A stretch of DNA of 64,000 nucleotides from an uncultured Bacilli bacterium. Its GTDB lineage: Bacteria; Bacillota_I; Bacilli_A; RF39; UBA660. Positions 63,904 through 64,000 of the stretch are shown here, piece after piece. Below the pieces are notes generated by a model. That model did not search any database. It was not told the origin of the DNA and saw only the letters and a program-made list of their open reading frames with translations. The translations under genes were made by a program, and so were the position numbers. The stretch's first letter is position 1. Every line of letters starts with the position of its first letter. The stretch is taken from positions 5,070 through 69,069 of the forward strand of contig CAKOOK010000003.1 in assembly GCA_934098515.1 (NCBI GenBank), read 5' to 3'.

Positions 63904-64000
63904 CTAATTTCTTGGACGTTTTGGTGGTCTACAACCGTTATGTGGTACTGGTGTTTCATCATTAATAGCAGTAATTTCTAAACCAGCAGCTTGTAGTGAA
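63904..64000 (-). CDS. rpsK: 30S ribosomal protein S11, C-terminal end (partial at the window edge)
   Basis: Own translation: ...[30 protein letters not shown]. Confidence 0.8.
   Translation of the reverse strand, partial: SLQAAGLEITAINDETPVPHNGCRPPKRPRN

Noticed and set aside
1-64000. Search for the DGR core (reverse transcriptase, Avd-like accessory gene, A-rich template repeat similar to the three patches)
   Set aside because: None of the ORFs shows RT motifs or an Avd-like small basic helical protein. By eye, no other locally GC-rich segment resembling the patches exists in the window. The other GC-rich spots are the three T-boxes, the tRNA and the 3133-3271 spacer. The DGR interpretation therefore stays a hypothesis that needs data outside this window.

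Overview
This is a strongly AT-rich chromosomal segment from a low-GC Gram-positive (Bacillota-type) organism. Supporting evidence: three T-box leaders (tyrS, leuS, ileS), Cse60- and CotF-like sporulation genes, and the rpsK-rpoA-rplQ tail of the ribosomal cluster. Most of the window is housekeeping: aaRS genes, rpsD, tmk/tdk, trmB, deoD, an ABC importer, a GH31 glycosidase, M16 peptidases and a MOP flippase.

The left 13 kb is an accessory surface-structure island. It holds an operon of four proteins with prepilin-type N-termini, including a 1345-aa pilin-like protein with a BspA-type LRR C-terminus. An AlbA_2/HATPase-like gene interrupts it, followed by a terminator and a run of phased A-tracts. 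A second transcription unit then encodes a TasA/camelysin-like surface protein (P1), a membrane-anchored protein, a 573-aa pilin-like protein and an ASST-like protein.

The most interesting signal is a four-member paralog family sharing one C-terminal lectin-like module: 836-2557, 3272-4855, 40097-41401 and 54197-56121. In three of these copies, a roughly 90-170 nt stretch just before the conserved last beta-strand becomes about 55% G+C, uses NNC/AAC codons, and diverges completely between copies while the flanks stay nearly identical. In two of the three, the coding strand is selectively depleted of adenine. This resembles the variable regions of a diversity-generating retroelement (DGR). However, no reverse transcriptase, Avd or template repeat lies in these 64 kb, so the diversifier is either remote or something else. 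The third copy also carries a 1-nt frameshift exactly at the patch boundary.

Other notable items:
- a well-formed type I toxin-antitoxin-like module (29-aa hydrophobic peptide plus a convergent small RNA) at 16.8-17.07 kb
- a mosaic tandem duplication of the 5' half of a RhuM-Fic gene
- three 23-bp-spaced direct repeats upstream of an AAA/DUF4143 ATPase

No CRISPR array, rRNA, transposase or integrase was seen. One tRNA-Thr(CGU) is present.
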